The position numbers and the translations under genes are program-made. A stretch of DNA of 64,000 bases from NCBI GenBank assembly GCA_964632485.1, contig CAZWDO010000004.1, positions 186,001 through 250,000 of the forward strand, in the 5' to 3' direction. The notes under the pieces are model-generated. The model was not told the DNA's origin. It worked only from the letters and a program-made list of their open reading frames with translations, and ran no database searches. Numbering within the stretch: position 1 is the stretch's first letter; the number at the start of each line of letters is the position of its first letter. This document shows positions 19,858-29,702 of this stretch, piece after piece. The stretch comes from an uncultured bacterium. Its GTDB lineage: Bacteria; JAGOEH01.

Positions 19858-20909
19858 ATATTAAAAACCGGTTTTTATTTTTTTTCACCCTATATCTATT
19901 GCTGATCATCATGCTCATTAGCGCGCTTGCCATCTACTTTATTGAGGGCACGTTCGCCTTGATAGGCCAAGCTTCCAATGCTGCTCTTGTATCGGCGATG
20001 TCGGGACGAATTCTTTTAAAAACCGGGTTAACTTTTTTATCATTAATTGTTCTAGTAATAGCCTCTTCAATTCCCATTGGCTTATGGCTGATGAAATTGA
20101 TATCCCGTTCCTATTTGAAAATTTTTCAGGATTTGCATTTTATTGCCCGTGATAGGCTCAAGGTTGAAAGGCATCTTAGCCTGGAGGATACTGAACAGAC
20201 TGTTTTAGAAAAATATCTGCGCTTGTTGATTCTTGATCAGGAAAAACTAAAGGATTACGAAATGATTAAATCCTGGAAGGATGGAGCGCGAATGTTAATG
20301 CATGAGCTAAAAAACCCATTGACTCCATTGCAACTTTCCATTGAAATGTTGGCTATTTCCCCTGATTTAACTCCGGCGCAAACTGAAAATATTCAGGTAG
20401 TTTTAAGTTCAGTCAAGGATATGGAAAACATTTTTTACTTCTTTAAAAAGTTTGTAAATATTGAGTTTAAACCTAAGGATATTATTCAGGTGGAGCCGGT
20501 TATGCGTGAAATTATTGCCCAACAGAGAGTGCGGGGGAATGAGTTCCCCATTCGGGGTGAATTTCCGGAAAAAAATGTATTGTCCCTTTGTGAGCCGACT
20601 CTTTTGAAGATGCTTTTTAATAATCTGATCAATAATGGCATGGAAGCCAATCCTGGCGGATTCTATCTGGAAATAAAAAAAATTGATAATGGTTTTATTA
20701 TCAGCTTTGTGACCCGTGACCGAAGAGTTGGGAACCCGGCCCAACTCTTCCGCCTTGGGTATTCGGATAAAGATGAAAAACGGGGTTTTGGTCTCTTTCT
20801 ATGTAAAAAAATATCTGATTATTTGGATTTGAATCTGAATTTTGTTGAGGAAGAATACCAGCTTGCGTTTACAATTAAAATTAAGGAATATCTGAACGAA
20901 AGAGGTTAA
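19854..20909 (+). CDS. NtrY-like sensor histidine kinase
   Basis: Two TMs, WKDGARMLMHELKNPLTPLQL H-box, NLINNGMEA N-box and RGFGLFL G2-box; G1 box is degenerate. Confidence 0.85.
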   Translation: MNIKNRFLFFFTLYLLLIIMLISALAIYFIEGTFALIGQASNAALVSAMSGRILLKTGLTFLSLIVLVIASSIPIGLWLMKLISRSYLKIFQDLHFIARDRLKVERHLSLEDTEQTVLEKYLRLLILDQEKLKDYEMIKSWKDGARMLMHELKNPLTPLQLSIEMLAISPDLTPAQTENIQVVLSSVKDMENIFYFFKKFVNIEFKPKDIIQVEPVMREIIAQQRVRGNEFPIRGEFPEKNVLSLCEPTLLKMLFNNLINNGMEANPGGFYLEIKKIDNGFIISFVTRDRRVGNPAQLFRLGYSDKDEKRGFGLFLCKKISDYLDLNLNFVEEEYQLAFTIKIKEYLNERG

Positions 20910-22247
20910 ATGGAATTAATTTATCTTGTGGATGATGATGAAAAAATTTTAGAAAACATTCAACGAATTTTAGCATCCCAGGGGTATTCGATTGAAACCG
21001 CCAAAAATGCCTCAGAGTTTTATGCAAAAATTAAAGAAAAACCTCCCGCGGTCGCTATTTTAGATATTTTTTTGGGTTTTAATCAACCTGATGGCGAAGA
21101 GTTGCTTAAAAATTTATCGGAAAATTATCCAAATACACAGTGTATTATCATATCCGGTGAAAGCGATATTCAAAAAACACTATCCTGTTTACGCAATGGA
21201 GCGCTTGATTTCCTGGAGAAACCCATATCATTAGCCCGATTGTTGACATCTGTTCGCAACGCATTAAATATTTTTAACAGTAAACAGTCTATCCAATCGC
21301 GATTTCAAATCCTGGGTGAAAGCGCAGCAATCCGGCAACTAATTCCATGTATCAAAAAACTGGCTTCCCTGGACGAAAGCGTGTTGATCCTCGGAGAAAG
21401 CGGCACTGGAAAGGAATTGGTTGCTGAAAACCTTCACCTCTATTCCAGCCGTTATACTCGTTCACTCTACAGGATTAACTGTACTGCTTTGAGTCCAAAT
21501 CTTATAGAGTCTGAATTGTTTGGGCATAAAAAAGGGAGTTTTACCGGAGCCACCAGCGATAAAACCGGTTATTTTAAAATTGCTGATCATAGTACCTTGT
21601 TCATTGATGAGATCGGCGATTTTGATATTAATTTACAGAGTAAAATTTTGCGAGTACTTCAGGAGAAGAAAATCACACCGGTAGGCGATACAAAAGAGAT
21701 CACAATGGATACTCGCCTTGTTTTCGCGACTCATGCAGATTTAGTGAAGTTGATTCGGGAAAAACGATTTCGGGAAGATCTCTACTACCGTATCTCTACT
21801 TTTGTAATCCATTTGCCTCCATTACGAGAAAGACTGGAGGATATCGATATCCTGGCTTCGCATTTCCTGTCTGGGTTTATTAATGATAATAAATTGGCGT
21901 ATAAGGAATTTTCCATATCGGCCCTTGATAAGCTCAAAGAGTATCATTATCCGGGAAATATTCGGGAACTTGTTAAAATAGTAAAAAATGCCGCCTTTTT
22001 CAGTGAAAATGAAACCATTCAACCGGAAGATATTCATTTTAGTCACAATGAAACTGCTGAGGATATCTGGCAGTTGACAAAAAGAATGTATTTTAAAGAA
22101 AGTAAATATTTATTTGAAAGAGAATTGATCTTGAAACGATTGGAACTATTTGATAATGATATTAATAAAACGGCGGAGAGTCTGGGTATGCTCAGGAATA
22201 ATCTTTATCGCCTTTTCAACAGATATGACATCGACTGGCAAGAATGA
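20910..22247 (+). CDS. Sigma54-dependent NtrC/NtrX-family response regulator
   Basis: REC (VDDD, LDI, EKP), Walker A GESGTGKE, ESELFGHKKGSFTGA, FIDEIGD, YPGNIREL and a Fis-type HTH. Confidence 0.95.
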   Translation: MELIYLVDDDEKILENIQRILASQGYSIETAKNASEFYAKIKEKPPAVAILDIFLGFNQPDGEELLKNLSENYPNTQCIIISGESDIQKTLSCLRNGALDFLEKPISLARLLTSVRNALNIFNSKQSIQSRFQILGESAAIRQLIPCIKKLASLDESVLILGESGTGKELVAENLHLYSSRYTRSLYRINCTALSPNLIESELFGHKKGSFTGATSDKTGYFKIADHSTLFIDEIGDFDINLQSKILRVLQEKKITPVGDTKEITMDTRLVFATHADLVKLIREKRFREDLYYRISTFVIHLPPLRERLEDIDILASHFLSGFINDNKLAYKEFSISALDKLKEYHYPGNIRELVKIVKNAAFFSENETIQPEDIHFSHNETAEDIWQLTKRMYFKESKYLFERELILKRLELFDNDINKTAESLGMLRNNLYRLFNRYDIDWQE

Positions 22248-22369
22248 TCTGTTTGAATAATATCCATCGATTTTAACATGCCCTGGAATTATTAATTGGA
22301 AGGAATAAAAAAAATCGAAAATTTTAGCGGTTGTTTGATCTGCTAATCATCAGTGAAAGGAGTGCAAGC

Positions 22370-23752
22370 ATGTCCCAAATCATGACACGTAACCGAATTG
22401 GAAGGACGCCTCTGGTGCGGGCAGTTCAGCTTGAAAAGTTGACCGGTATTTCCGAAATTTATTTTAAACTGGAGGGGAACAATCCATCCGGACACAGTGA
22501 AGATCGGCTGGCCTACTTGATTATCCGCGATGCATTGAGTAAAGGGAAAAATACGATTTGTATGGGAACATACGGTGTGATTGGAGGGTCGTTATCTGCG
22601 CTTGCCCCCATATTCAATATTAAGTGCAAATTTTATATCCCCAGCCAGGAACCAGTTTTAAGGAAGAAACAGTTTGAGAATGACTATGTACAGATCATCC
22701 CTTTTGGACGGCATTATCAGGATTGTGTTGAAGAAAGCCGGCGAATAGCATTAGAAAACGATTGGTATAATGCGACGCCAGGCCAGGAGAATAATACGAT
22801 AAATATGTGCGCTTTTTCATTTATGGCTGAAGAGCTGAAAGAGCAAATGAATGGGAGGGCAGAAATGGTTTTTTGTCAAACCAGTAATGGATTTGCCATT
22901 TCAGGGCTTAACCTGGGATTTCGTGAACAGTGGATCCGGGATGAAATAGAAAAAATCCCACGGATAATAGCGGTAACCACTGCTCATGGAAATGCCATTT
23001 ATGAATCATTCCGTCGGAACATGAAGGATTTGGTGGTGTTGGATACGTCCCAAATCCATAAAACCCGCATCAATCAATATCTGGTTAATCCCCGCCCTCT
23101 GAACGGGCAGGATGCTTTGAATGCCCTTTATGATTCTGAAGGAGAAGCTATTAGTATTTCGGATCACGAATTATTGGAGTTCACGCAGAGTTACAAAAAA
23201 AGAGATCATGTAAAAATTAGCAGTTCAAATTTTTATCCAATTGCCGGTTTTATGAAATATGCGCGCAACGGGGGTCTGAAAAATGGAAAATATGTGATCA
23301 TTCTGGATGATGGGCATATTGATATCGAGATTCGTTCCTTACATGAGAGTGATTTTCCCAAGCCCATGGACCATAAACAGGAAATGCTGGATCAATGGTT
23401 GGGGCAATACTCTGATCCTCAAATCGAAATTAGTGAGGCGCTTAAAAATACCTTGGATAAGGGGTTTGTTTTTGGCGCATATCTGGCCCAGGAACTCGTC
23501 GGCATTGCTGTGATTATTAATACCGGATTTGCGCATTTTGCTACTAATTACCATCTTGCTTATGTCGCCACTCGAAAAAATGTTAAAGGCCGAGGAATTG
23601 CGACACAATTATTCCACCGTATGATAGAGGAAACTGGTGGAAATTTATCGTTGCATGTTGATTTTGAAAACCATCGCGCCATTCGTCTTTATCAGAAAAT
23701 GGGTTTCAAAAAGTGTTATGCGCGAATGATCCATCAAATAAAAGCCCATTAA
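22370..23752 (+). CDS. Threonine-synthase-like (PLP fold II) domain lacking the Schiff-base Lys, fused to a GNAT acetyltransferase
   Basis: IGRTPLVRA and FKLEGNNPSGHSEDR; GNAT motifs KGRGIATQL and NHRAIRLYQKMGF. ATG 22370 follows AAAGGAG. Confidence 0.8.
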   Translation: MSQIMTRNRIGRTPLVRAVQLEKLTGISEIYFKLEGNNPSGHSEDRLAYLIIRDALSKGKNTICMGTYGVIGGSLSALAPIFNIKCKFYIPSQEPVLRKKQFENDYVQIIPFGRHYQDCVEESRRIALENDWYNATPGQENNTINMCAFSFMAEELKEQMNGRAEMVFCQTSNGFAISGLNLGFREQWIRDEIEKIPRIIAVTTAHGNAIYESFRRNMKDLVVLDTSQIHKTRINQYLVNPRPLNGQDALNALYDSEGEAISISDHELLEFTQSYKKRDHVKISSSNFYPIAGFMKYARNGGLKNGKYVIILDDGHIDIEIRSLHESDFPKPMDHKQEMLDQWLGQYSDPQIEISEALKNTLDKGFVFGAYLAQELVGIAVIINTGFAHFATNYHLAYVATRKNVKGRGIATQLFHRMIEETGGNLSLHVDFENHRAIRLYQKMGFKKCYARMIHQIKAH

Positions 23753-23865
23753 TCAATCCTTATACAGATAGGCTAATTTTTTTCGAATGGATAAAATTAC
23801 TGAATGAGCCCTTTGTAGAAAAATTATTCAAAATGGGTGGGTAAAAGGGATTCTGGCTGCGCCGC

Positions 23866-23894
23866 TTGTCTGAATTCGGGATTCTGTGTATAAT
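23866..23894 (+). promoter_or_regulatory. Sigma70 promoter upstream of nrdD
   Basis: TTGTCT-17 bp-TATAAT. A second candidate, TTGACT-17-TATTTT, lies at 24081-24109. Confidence 0.45.
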
Positions 23895-24183
23895 ATCAGG
23901 TGGTTATAATTAGAATTCTCTTCTTGATAGAAATTGCAAAATAAATAATTATTTATATAAGCAACTATTTGCCTTTCAGGCACATTATGAAAATTAATTT
24001 TTTATTGTTTTTTAACTTATTGCACTGCAAATTGTTCAAGATCATGGTTTAAAAATATAAAAAAACATTTATTTTTGGTCTTGACTTTCGCGGATAATCG
24101 TTTTATTTTATGTTTCAAATTGAGAGAGCGCGAATGAAAAATAATGAAAATATTCGAAAAAATACTTTGCCGGGGAGGAATAG

Positions 24184-26223
24184 GTGCGCGTCGCAAAAGT
24201 AATCAAACGGGACGGCAGGTTTATGCCTTTTGATCAGGAGCGGATCGCTACGGCGATCTTTAAAGCCGCGAAAGCGGTGGGTGGCGAGGATCGAACGATG
24301 GCTGGTAAAATTGCCATGGAGGTGACCCGTATTGCTCAAACGACGTATGGCGATGTTGGCGCGGCTTCGGTTGAGCAAATTCAGGACCTGGTAGAAAAAG
24401 TATTGATCGAGCGCGGTCATGCCAAAACTGCCAAGGCTTATATTTTGTATCGAAAGCAACGCTCAGATATCCGGGAAATTAAAGGGACTTTTTCCGAAAT
24501 GGAAAATCTGGTGGATGATTATCTGGGCGGTGAAGATTGGCGTATTCGCGAAAACAGTAACACTACTTTTTCTTTACAGGGCCTAAATAATTATATTTCA
24601 TCCTCTATCACGGCCACCTATTGGCTGAACAAAATTTATCCACCCGAAATTCGTCAAGCCCATGTCGAGGGCGATCTACACATTCACGACCTGGGTTTGC
24701 TATCTGTATATTGCTGTGGTTGGGATTTGCGGGATCTTTTGCTCAAGGGATTCGGAGGGATTGAGGGGAAAGTAGAAAGTTCACCACCTAAACATTTTCG
24801 TAGCGCTTTGGGCCAGATTGTCAACTTTTTTTATACCCTTCAGGGTGAAGCCGCAGGCGCCCAGGCATTCAGCAATTTTGACACATTGCTCGCCCCCTTT
24901 TTAGCTTATGATAATCTGAATTATACAGAGGTTAAACAAGCGATTCAGGAGTTTATCTTCAATCTGAATGTGCCGACTCGGGTAGGATTTCAAACCCCTT
25001 TTACAAATTTAACGTTCGATTTGTCTGTGCCGTCGATATTTAAAAATGAAGCGGCGATTCGGGGAGGAAAACCCACTGAAGATACTTATGGTTCATTTCA
25101 AAAAGAGATGGATATGATCAACCTTGCATTTATGGAAATAATGATGGAAGGTGACGCTTGTGGACGTATTTTTACTTTTCCGATTCCAACCTATAATTTG
25201 ACCGGGGATTTTGACTGGGAGCGCCCGGTTGTCGTTAAGTTAATGCAGATGACGGGGAAATATGGGATTCCTTATTTTGCCAATTATATCAATAGTGATA
25301 TGAAGCCGGAAGACGCTCGCAGTATGTGTTGCCGCTTACGGTTAGATAACCGGATGCTGCGCAAGCGCGGCGGCGGGCTGTTTGGAGCGAATCCTCTGAC
25401 GGGTTCCATCGGTGTTGTTACTATCAATCTACCGCGAATCGGGCATGTTTCCCGTGATGAAGCAGATTTTTTTCAACGGTTGGAGCGGGCTATGCAGTTA
25501 GCTCGCGAGTCACTTACGATTAAACGGAAAACCCTTGAAAAGCTGACTGATCACCAACTTTACCCCTACGCCCGTTTCTATTTATCCGCGATTAAGGAGC
25601 GTTTTGGAGAATATTGGAAAAATCATTTCAATACGATCGGTATCATTGGAATGAACGAAGCTTTATTGAACTTCATCGGAGTGGATATTGCCGATGAGGA
25701 TGGTGTCGATTTAGCCCGGCGTATATTGGAGTATATGAACATGCAGTTGCGCCGCTATCAGGAAGAGGATAATATGCTTTATAACCTGGAAGCCACTCCC
25801 GCTGAAGGAACCAGCTATCGATTAGCAAAAAAGGATAAAGAGCTCTATCCGGCGATTATTACCAATGGTTCGGCCAAGCCCTACTATACCAATTCCACGC
25901 AATTGCCCGTAAATACGCGATTACCGTTATTTGATGCGCTTCGCCATCAGGATCAATTGCAGACTCTTTATACAGGGGGAACAGTTTTCCATACATTTAT
26001 CGGTGAGAGTATCGATGACCAGTCGGCTGTAAGGGAATTGGTCCAAAAAATTGCGCAAAATTATAAAATGCCCTATTTTACCATCACCCCCACTTTTTCC
26101 GTTTGCCCTATCCATGGCTATATCAAGGGAGAACATTATAACTGCCCGCTCTGCGAAGCAGAGGAACGGCATAAAATTTTATCAGAAATCAATGATTTAA
26201 AAAAGAGTATGGAGGCAGTATGA
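24184..26223 (+). CDS. nrdD: Anaerobic (class III) ribonucleotide reductase catalytic subunit with ATP-cone, lacking the terminal Gly-radical motif
   Basis: ATP-cone VIKRDGR...FDQERI, HIHDL, YCCGW, RSMCCRL, NLEATPAEG, YYTNST and Zn site CPIHG...CPLC. Ends without RxxGY. Confidence 0.95.
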   Translation: MRVAKVIKRDGRFMPFDQERIATAIFKAAKAVGGEDRTMAGKIAMEVTRIAQTTYGDVGAASVEQIQDLVEKVLIERGHAKTAKAYILYRKQRSDIREIKGTFSEMENLVDDYLGGEDWRIRENSNTTFSLQGLNNYISSSITATYWLNKIYPPEIRQAHVEGDLHIHDLGLLSVYCCGWDLRDLLLKGFGGIEGKVESSPPKHFRSALGQIVNFFYTLQGEAAGAQAFSNFDTLLAPFLAYDNLNYTEVKQAIQEFIFNLNVPTRVGFQTPFTNLTFDLSVPSIFKNEAAIRGGKPTEDTYGSFQKEMDMINLAFMEIMMEGDACGRIFTFPIPTYNLTGDFDWERPVVVKLMQMTGKYGIPYFANYINSDMKPEDARSMCCRLRLDNRMLRKRGGGLFGANPLTGSIGVVTINLPRIGHVSRDEADFFQRLERAMQLARESLTIKRKTLEKLTDHQLYPYARFYLSAIKERFGEYWKNHFNTIGIIGMNEALLNFIGVDIADEDGVDLARRILEYMNMQLRRYQEEDNMLYNLEATPAEGTSYRLAKKDKELYPAIITNGSAKPYYTNSTQLPVNTRLPLFDALRHQDQLQTLYTGGTVFHTFIGESIDDQSAVRELVQKIAQNYKMPYFTITPTFSVCPIHGYIKGEHYNCPLCEAEERHKILSEINDLKKSMEAV

Positions 26224-26402
26224 CAAATGTTGAACAAAAACAGGAAAGAATCCGCCAACTTGAATTGCGTTTAAAGGAACTGAAAGGTTCGCATTGTGAA
26301 GTTTATAGCCGTATTGTAGGTTATCATCGCCCCCTCGATAACTGGAACGATGGTAAAAAAGAAGAGTTTAAAGCGCGTTTTAATTACTTGAAAACTCTAT
26401 GA
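26220..26402 (+). CDS. Separate small NrdD glycyl-radical domain protein
   Basis: CEVYSRIVGYHRPLDNWNDGKKEEF is the canonical NrdD C-terminus. Has its own GGAGG RBS (26211-26215) and an ATGA overlap. Confidence 0.9.
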   Translation: MTNVEQKQERIRQLELRLKELKGSHCEVYSRIVGYHRPLDNWNDGKKEEFKARFNYLKTL

Positions 26403-27037
26403 TAGTTGCGGGGTATGAACCGGTCAGCCTGATCGACTATCCCGGCCATATTTCAAGCATTGCATTTCTCTACGGTTGCAATCTTCGTTGCCGTTACTGC
26501 CACAACCCACATCTGGTAGTTGGAAGCCTGCCTCCTGATCGCCGTGTGGATTTTATTGATTATCTGGCGCGAAGTGAGATTGAATATGTAGTCATTACGG
26601 GGGGTGAGCCTCTCTATTCCAATCAAATTATAGATTTTATCAAAGAAATAAAAACAGAGTCGCCCCTTAAAATCAAATTGGATACCAATGGTTTTTTCCC
26701 TTTAGCGCTGGAACGGTTGTTGGAAAAGGAACTGATTGATTTTGTTTCTATGGATGTTAAGGCTTTCAACCAGGAGGATTTGCAATTCATCACCCGCCGG
26801 CGGGTACAACTCGAAACGTTTTACCGTAGTTTGGCTTGCCTGACTGCTGCGCGGATCCCGTTTGAGTTGCGTTATACCCAATGGAAAATCTATTCGGCTC
26901 GTGAAATTAACCAATTCCGGAAAAGTGTGGGTGGGTACCCATTAAAATTTCAATCCCTTCGTGAAAATTGCCCTCTTTTGGATAAGCGTTTTAAACCACT
27001 ATTTGCTGATCAGGGAAACCCAATTAATCAGGTATAG
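26399..27037 (+). CDS. nrdG: Anaerobic RNR activating enzyme (radical SAM)
   Basis: SLIDYPG, GCNLRCRYCHN, ITGGEP and KLDTNG; ATGA-coupled. Confidence 0.93.
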   Translation: MIVAGYEPVSLIDYPGHISSIAFLYGCNLRCRYCHNPHLVVGSLPPDRRVDFIDYLARSEIEYVVITGGEPLYSNQIIDFIKEIKTESPLKIKLDTNGFFPLALERLLEKELIDFVSMDVKAFNQEDLQFITRRRVQLETFYRSLACLTAARIPFELRYTQWKIYSAREINQFRKSVGGYPLKFQSLRENCPLLDKRFKPLFADQGNPINQV

Positions 27038-27128
27038 TTCTGGTTTCGGAATCCGCCAATGGGCCCCTGGTTACTTTGCAGCTACTCAGAAATGGATAGC
27101 AAACAGATCGCTGAGTCTGGTTTATATA

Positions 27129-28739
27129 TTACAAATCGTTAAGATAGCTATAAATATCGGCAAAGGAATGAAAAATATTGTTTAAATCGCAAATTCGACC
27201 ATGCGAAAATAATTTTTGGACAACACCCTGATCCAGTGGTAATACTGCGGTGTGGGAGCTTTTAAGCAATGCCGGAATGGTCTGATTTTCGAAAGTGATT
27301 CGCAGCCAGGAGCGGTAGCGCTCGGGTATTAATGGAGGCTGGTTTGACAAGTTCATTTTTAGATAGTTCACCCATCGCGCCATGCGTAGTAACGTCAGCT
27401 TGGAACTGACGGTATAGGTTCCCTCCGGGGGATAGCATACGGTCGAACGGTAGTAGTCGTTATCCGTAGGAAATTCCAATCCAAGCGACTGGGCCAATTT
27501 TTGACCTGGTGTGAGATAAAAGATTGAAGGGCCCAGGACCACAGGCATATCCATCAAAGTTTTTAATGTATCGATATCATCATCAACCGAATGATCAGGA
27601 GCGCCGACTATGAAATAAACTGTTGTACGTAATTTGTGCTCGATGATAAAGGGCAGGATTGCTTTCAGGGGTGTAAGATCGGCCGGGCGTTGCCAATGTT
27701 TCAGATTTATTCGATGGCTGGTTCCAATTGAAAAATTAATCGATTTGAATCCGGCATGTACCATTAAATTTAATGTTTCTTTTTTTAATGCATGATAATT
27801 AATTCCGTTCATGGCGGTGAATGTGAGTTGATAACGTTTTGTCAAGGGGATGATTGCATTTAATAGGGAATGGAAATAGTCCAAGTCATAAGTTAAATTA
27901 TCATCTTCGAAATTATAGTGGAAAATCTTATATTGAGCGATACAATTATCAATTTCCCGGATTAGTGAGCGGATTGAGCGCATTCGGTGATGATGACCCC
28001 ATAAATCGGCGCTGGAACAGAATTTGCATTGGTAGGGGCAGCCGCGTGAAGCGACAATAGTAATCAACTGTGGTGGAGAAAATTGATCTGTGAACAAGTG
28101 TGTCCGATCGGGTATTGGCAATTCATCAAGCTCCGCAACGGGCATAGATGGATTTTCTACCCATTGGCCTCGCTTGCGGTACACACTATTGGGGATACTA
28201 TTCAGTTTCCCCTGTCTGTGGATCAGATAATCTGCGATGGGTCCAACGGCGGGTTCGCCTTCGCCAATCACCCAAAGATCGATCGGAAAATCAGGCATAG
28301 ATCGATGAGCCAGCCATTGCGCCGCTATTGCATGGCCCCCTGTCATTAACTGGATTGATGGGTAGCGCTTGCGGATTTCTGAAGCCAGTTCACCTACTGA
28401 CGATAAGTACGCAGTAAAAAGCGCGCTGATGCCGATCAGCCGGGGTGTATGGATATCGATCCAGCCAATTAATTCAGCCAGAGGACGACCAAATCGAAAA
28501 AATTGACGATATAGCGCGGCCGGAGAATGATCATTGACGGCATACTGCTTATCCAAATGGGCAAAAGAACGTGGACGTGAAATTGTTTGGCGATGATTTC
28601 CCCGTAGAAAATCAAAAATTTCAACCTGATATCCCCGTTGTTGCAAAACGGCTCGCAGCATCATCAACCCCAGAGGTTGCGCGCGAATTGATGTCTGATA
28701 GTAATCGCAAAACCAGGGCTGTATCAGTAATATATCCAT
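27129..28739 (-). CDS. B12-binding radical SAM protein
   Basis: QPLGL, GISALF, GGH, GEGE, SRGCPYQCKFC and FEDDNL. Confidence 0.9.
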   Translation of the reverse strand: MDILLIQPWFCDYYQTSIRAQPLGLMMLRAVLQQRGYQVEIFDFLRGNHRQTISRPRSFAHLDKQYAVNDHSPAALYRQFFRFGRPLAELIGWIDIHTPRLIGISALFTAYLSSVGELASEIRKRYPSIQLMTGGHAIAAQWLAHRSMPDFPIDLWVIGEGEPAVGPIADYLIHRQGKLNSIPNSVYRKRGQWVENPSMPVAELDELPIPDRTHLFTDQFSPPQLITIVASRGCPYQCKFCSSADLWGHHHRMRSIRSLIREIDNCIAQYKIFHYNFEDDNLTYDLDYFHSLLNAIIPLTKRYQLTFTAMNGINYHALKKETLNLMVHAGFKSINFSIGTSHRINLKHWQRPADLTPLKAILPFIIEHKLRTTVYFIVGAPDHSVDDDIDTLKTLMDMPVVLGPSIFYLTPGQKLAQSLGLEFPTDNDYYRSTVCYPPEGTYTVSSKLTLLRMARWVNYLKMNLSNQPPLIPERYRSWLRITFENQTIPALLKSSHTAVLPLDQGVVQKLFSHGRICDLNNIFHSFADIYSYLNDL

Positions 28740-28841
28740 CCGGGATTCCTTTTTATAGTGTTGTTTCCCTATAGTTTCTTTGATAAGGCAAAACTAATAT
28801 ACCAAAATTTTAAGAAAAATTCAAGATCAATCGAAAAAATG

Positions 28842-28870
28842 TTGACATAACGCAAAATCCAACTTATATT
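28842..28870 (+). promoter_or_regulatory. Sigma70 promoter placing the transcript start at or near the ATG (leaderless candidate)
   Basis: TTGACA (28842-28847)-17-TATATT (28865-28870). ATG is at 28877 and there is no Shine-Dalgarno. Confidence 0.55.
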
Positions 28871-28876
28871 TAACGC

Positions 28877-29695
28877 ATGATAAAAAAAGTTTTAATAGCT
28901 CTTTTGCTGCTCTTGATTGTTTTTTGTTTTTTTTGGGCGGACTGCTTAGGATTTTATATCAATATGTTCAATTCCCGGCGACCTAAAAAAGGTGATTTTT
29001 GGAAAAAAGTGGCAAGTTTTTCCAGTAGCGATTCACTCAAAAATGAATGGTTTGAAATCGATAAATTGCGGAGTCTGGCTCGCGAAAAAGGGCGGCAGTA
29101 TCTGATTGACGTCAATAAGGTGGTGCAGGCAAATGGGCAACTTGTCCTTTCCAAGGACAATCTAATACAACTTTTTACCAGTCTGCCCCCATCTTATAAG
29201 GAGATATATTTCAATAATTATGAGTTTATCTATCTCTATACCCGACCTCATTGGGTGAAAGCGGCCCTGGCTATGCAGGATTCTCAACTTACTCTGTTCC
29301 TATTGCAAGGTGATGATACCGCTTTAAAGGAAAAAAAAGTTATTAATGGTTTATTCCCTGAGGATTCAACGCTTTTTCAAGACCAGAATGATGAATTGAT
29401 TCTTTGGGAGCAGCTCTATATTATCGAGGATTCGGTTCAATGGTCGGACTCATTTGCTCGGTTTTGCGAGAAAATCTATCGAGGTTATATTCAGAGGCAG
29501 CGAATCGCGTTAGGAGAATCATTTTTTATAACTGACAAACTGAATGAAATCGATTCATGTTTTATGACGCTGGCTGATACGAACTGGTCAATTATTTTAC
29601 GCGCTCGCCAAAATAATGAGGTTTCCTATTGGCGTCAAGGGATTTCTTCGACAGATGGCTCCGCGCTTTTCAAATTACTTCAATCGGAACCCTGA
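28877..29695 (+). CDS. Hypothetical membrane-anchored protein
   Basis: 272-aa ORF with N-terminal hydrophobic anchor, directly upstream of the PBP gene. Confidence 0.65.
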   Translation: MIKKVLIALLLLLIVFCFFWADCLGFYINMFNSRRPKKGDFWKKVASFSSSDSLKNEWFEIDKLRSLAREKGRQYLIDVNKVVQANGQLVLSKDNLIQLFTSLPPSYKEIYFNNYEFIYLYTRPHWVKAALAMQDSQLTLFLLQGDDTALKEKKVINGLFPEDSTLFQDQNDELILWEQLYIIEDSVQWSDSFARFCEKIYRGYIQRQRIALGESFFITDKLNEIDSCFMTLADTNWSIILRARQNNEVSYWRQGISSTDGSALFKLLQSEP

Positions 29696-29702
29696 GGTCA
29701 GT

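Noticed and set aside
26200-26230. nrdD split as a sequencing frameshift
   Set aside because: A dedicated SD, ATGA coupling and extra helices on both sides argue for a real two-gene arrangement, pending read check.
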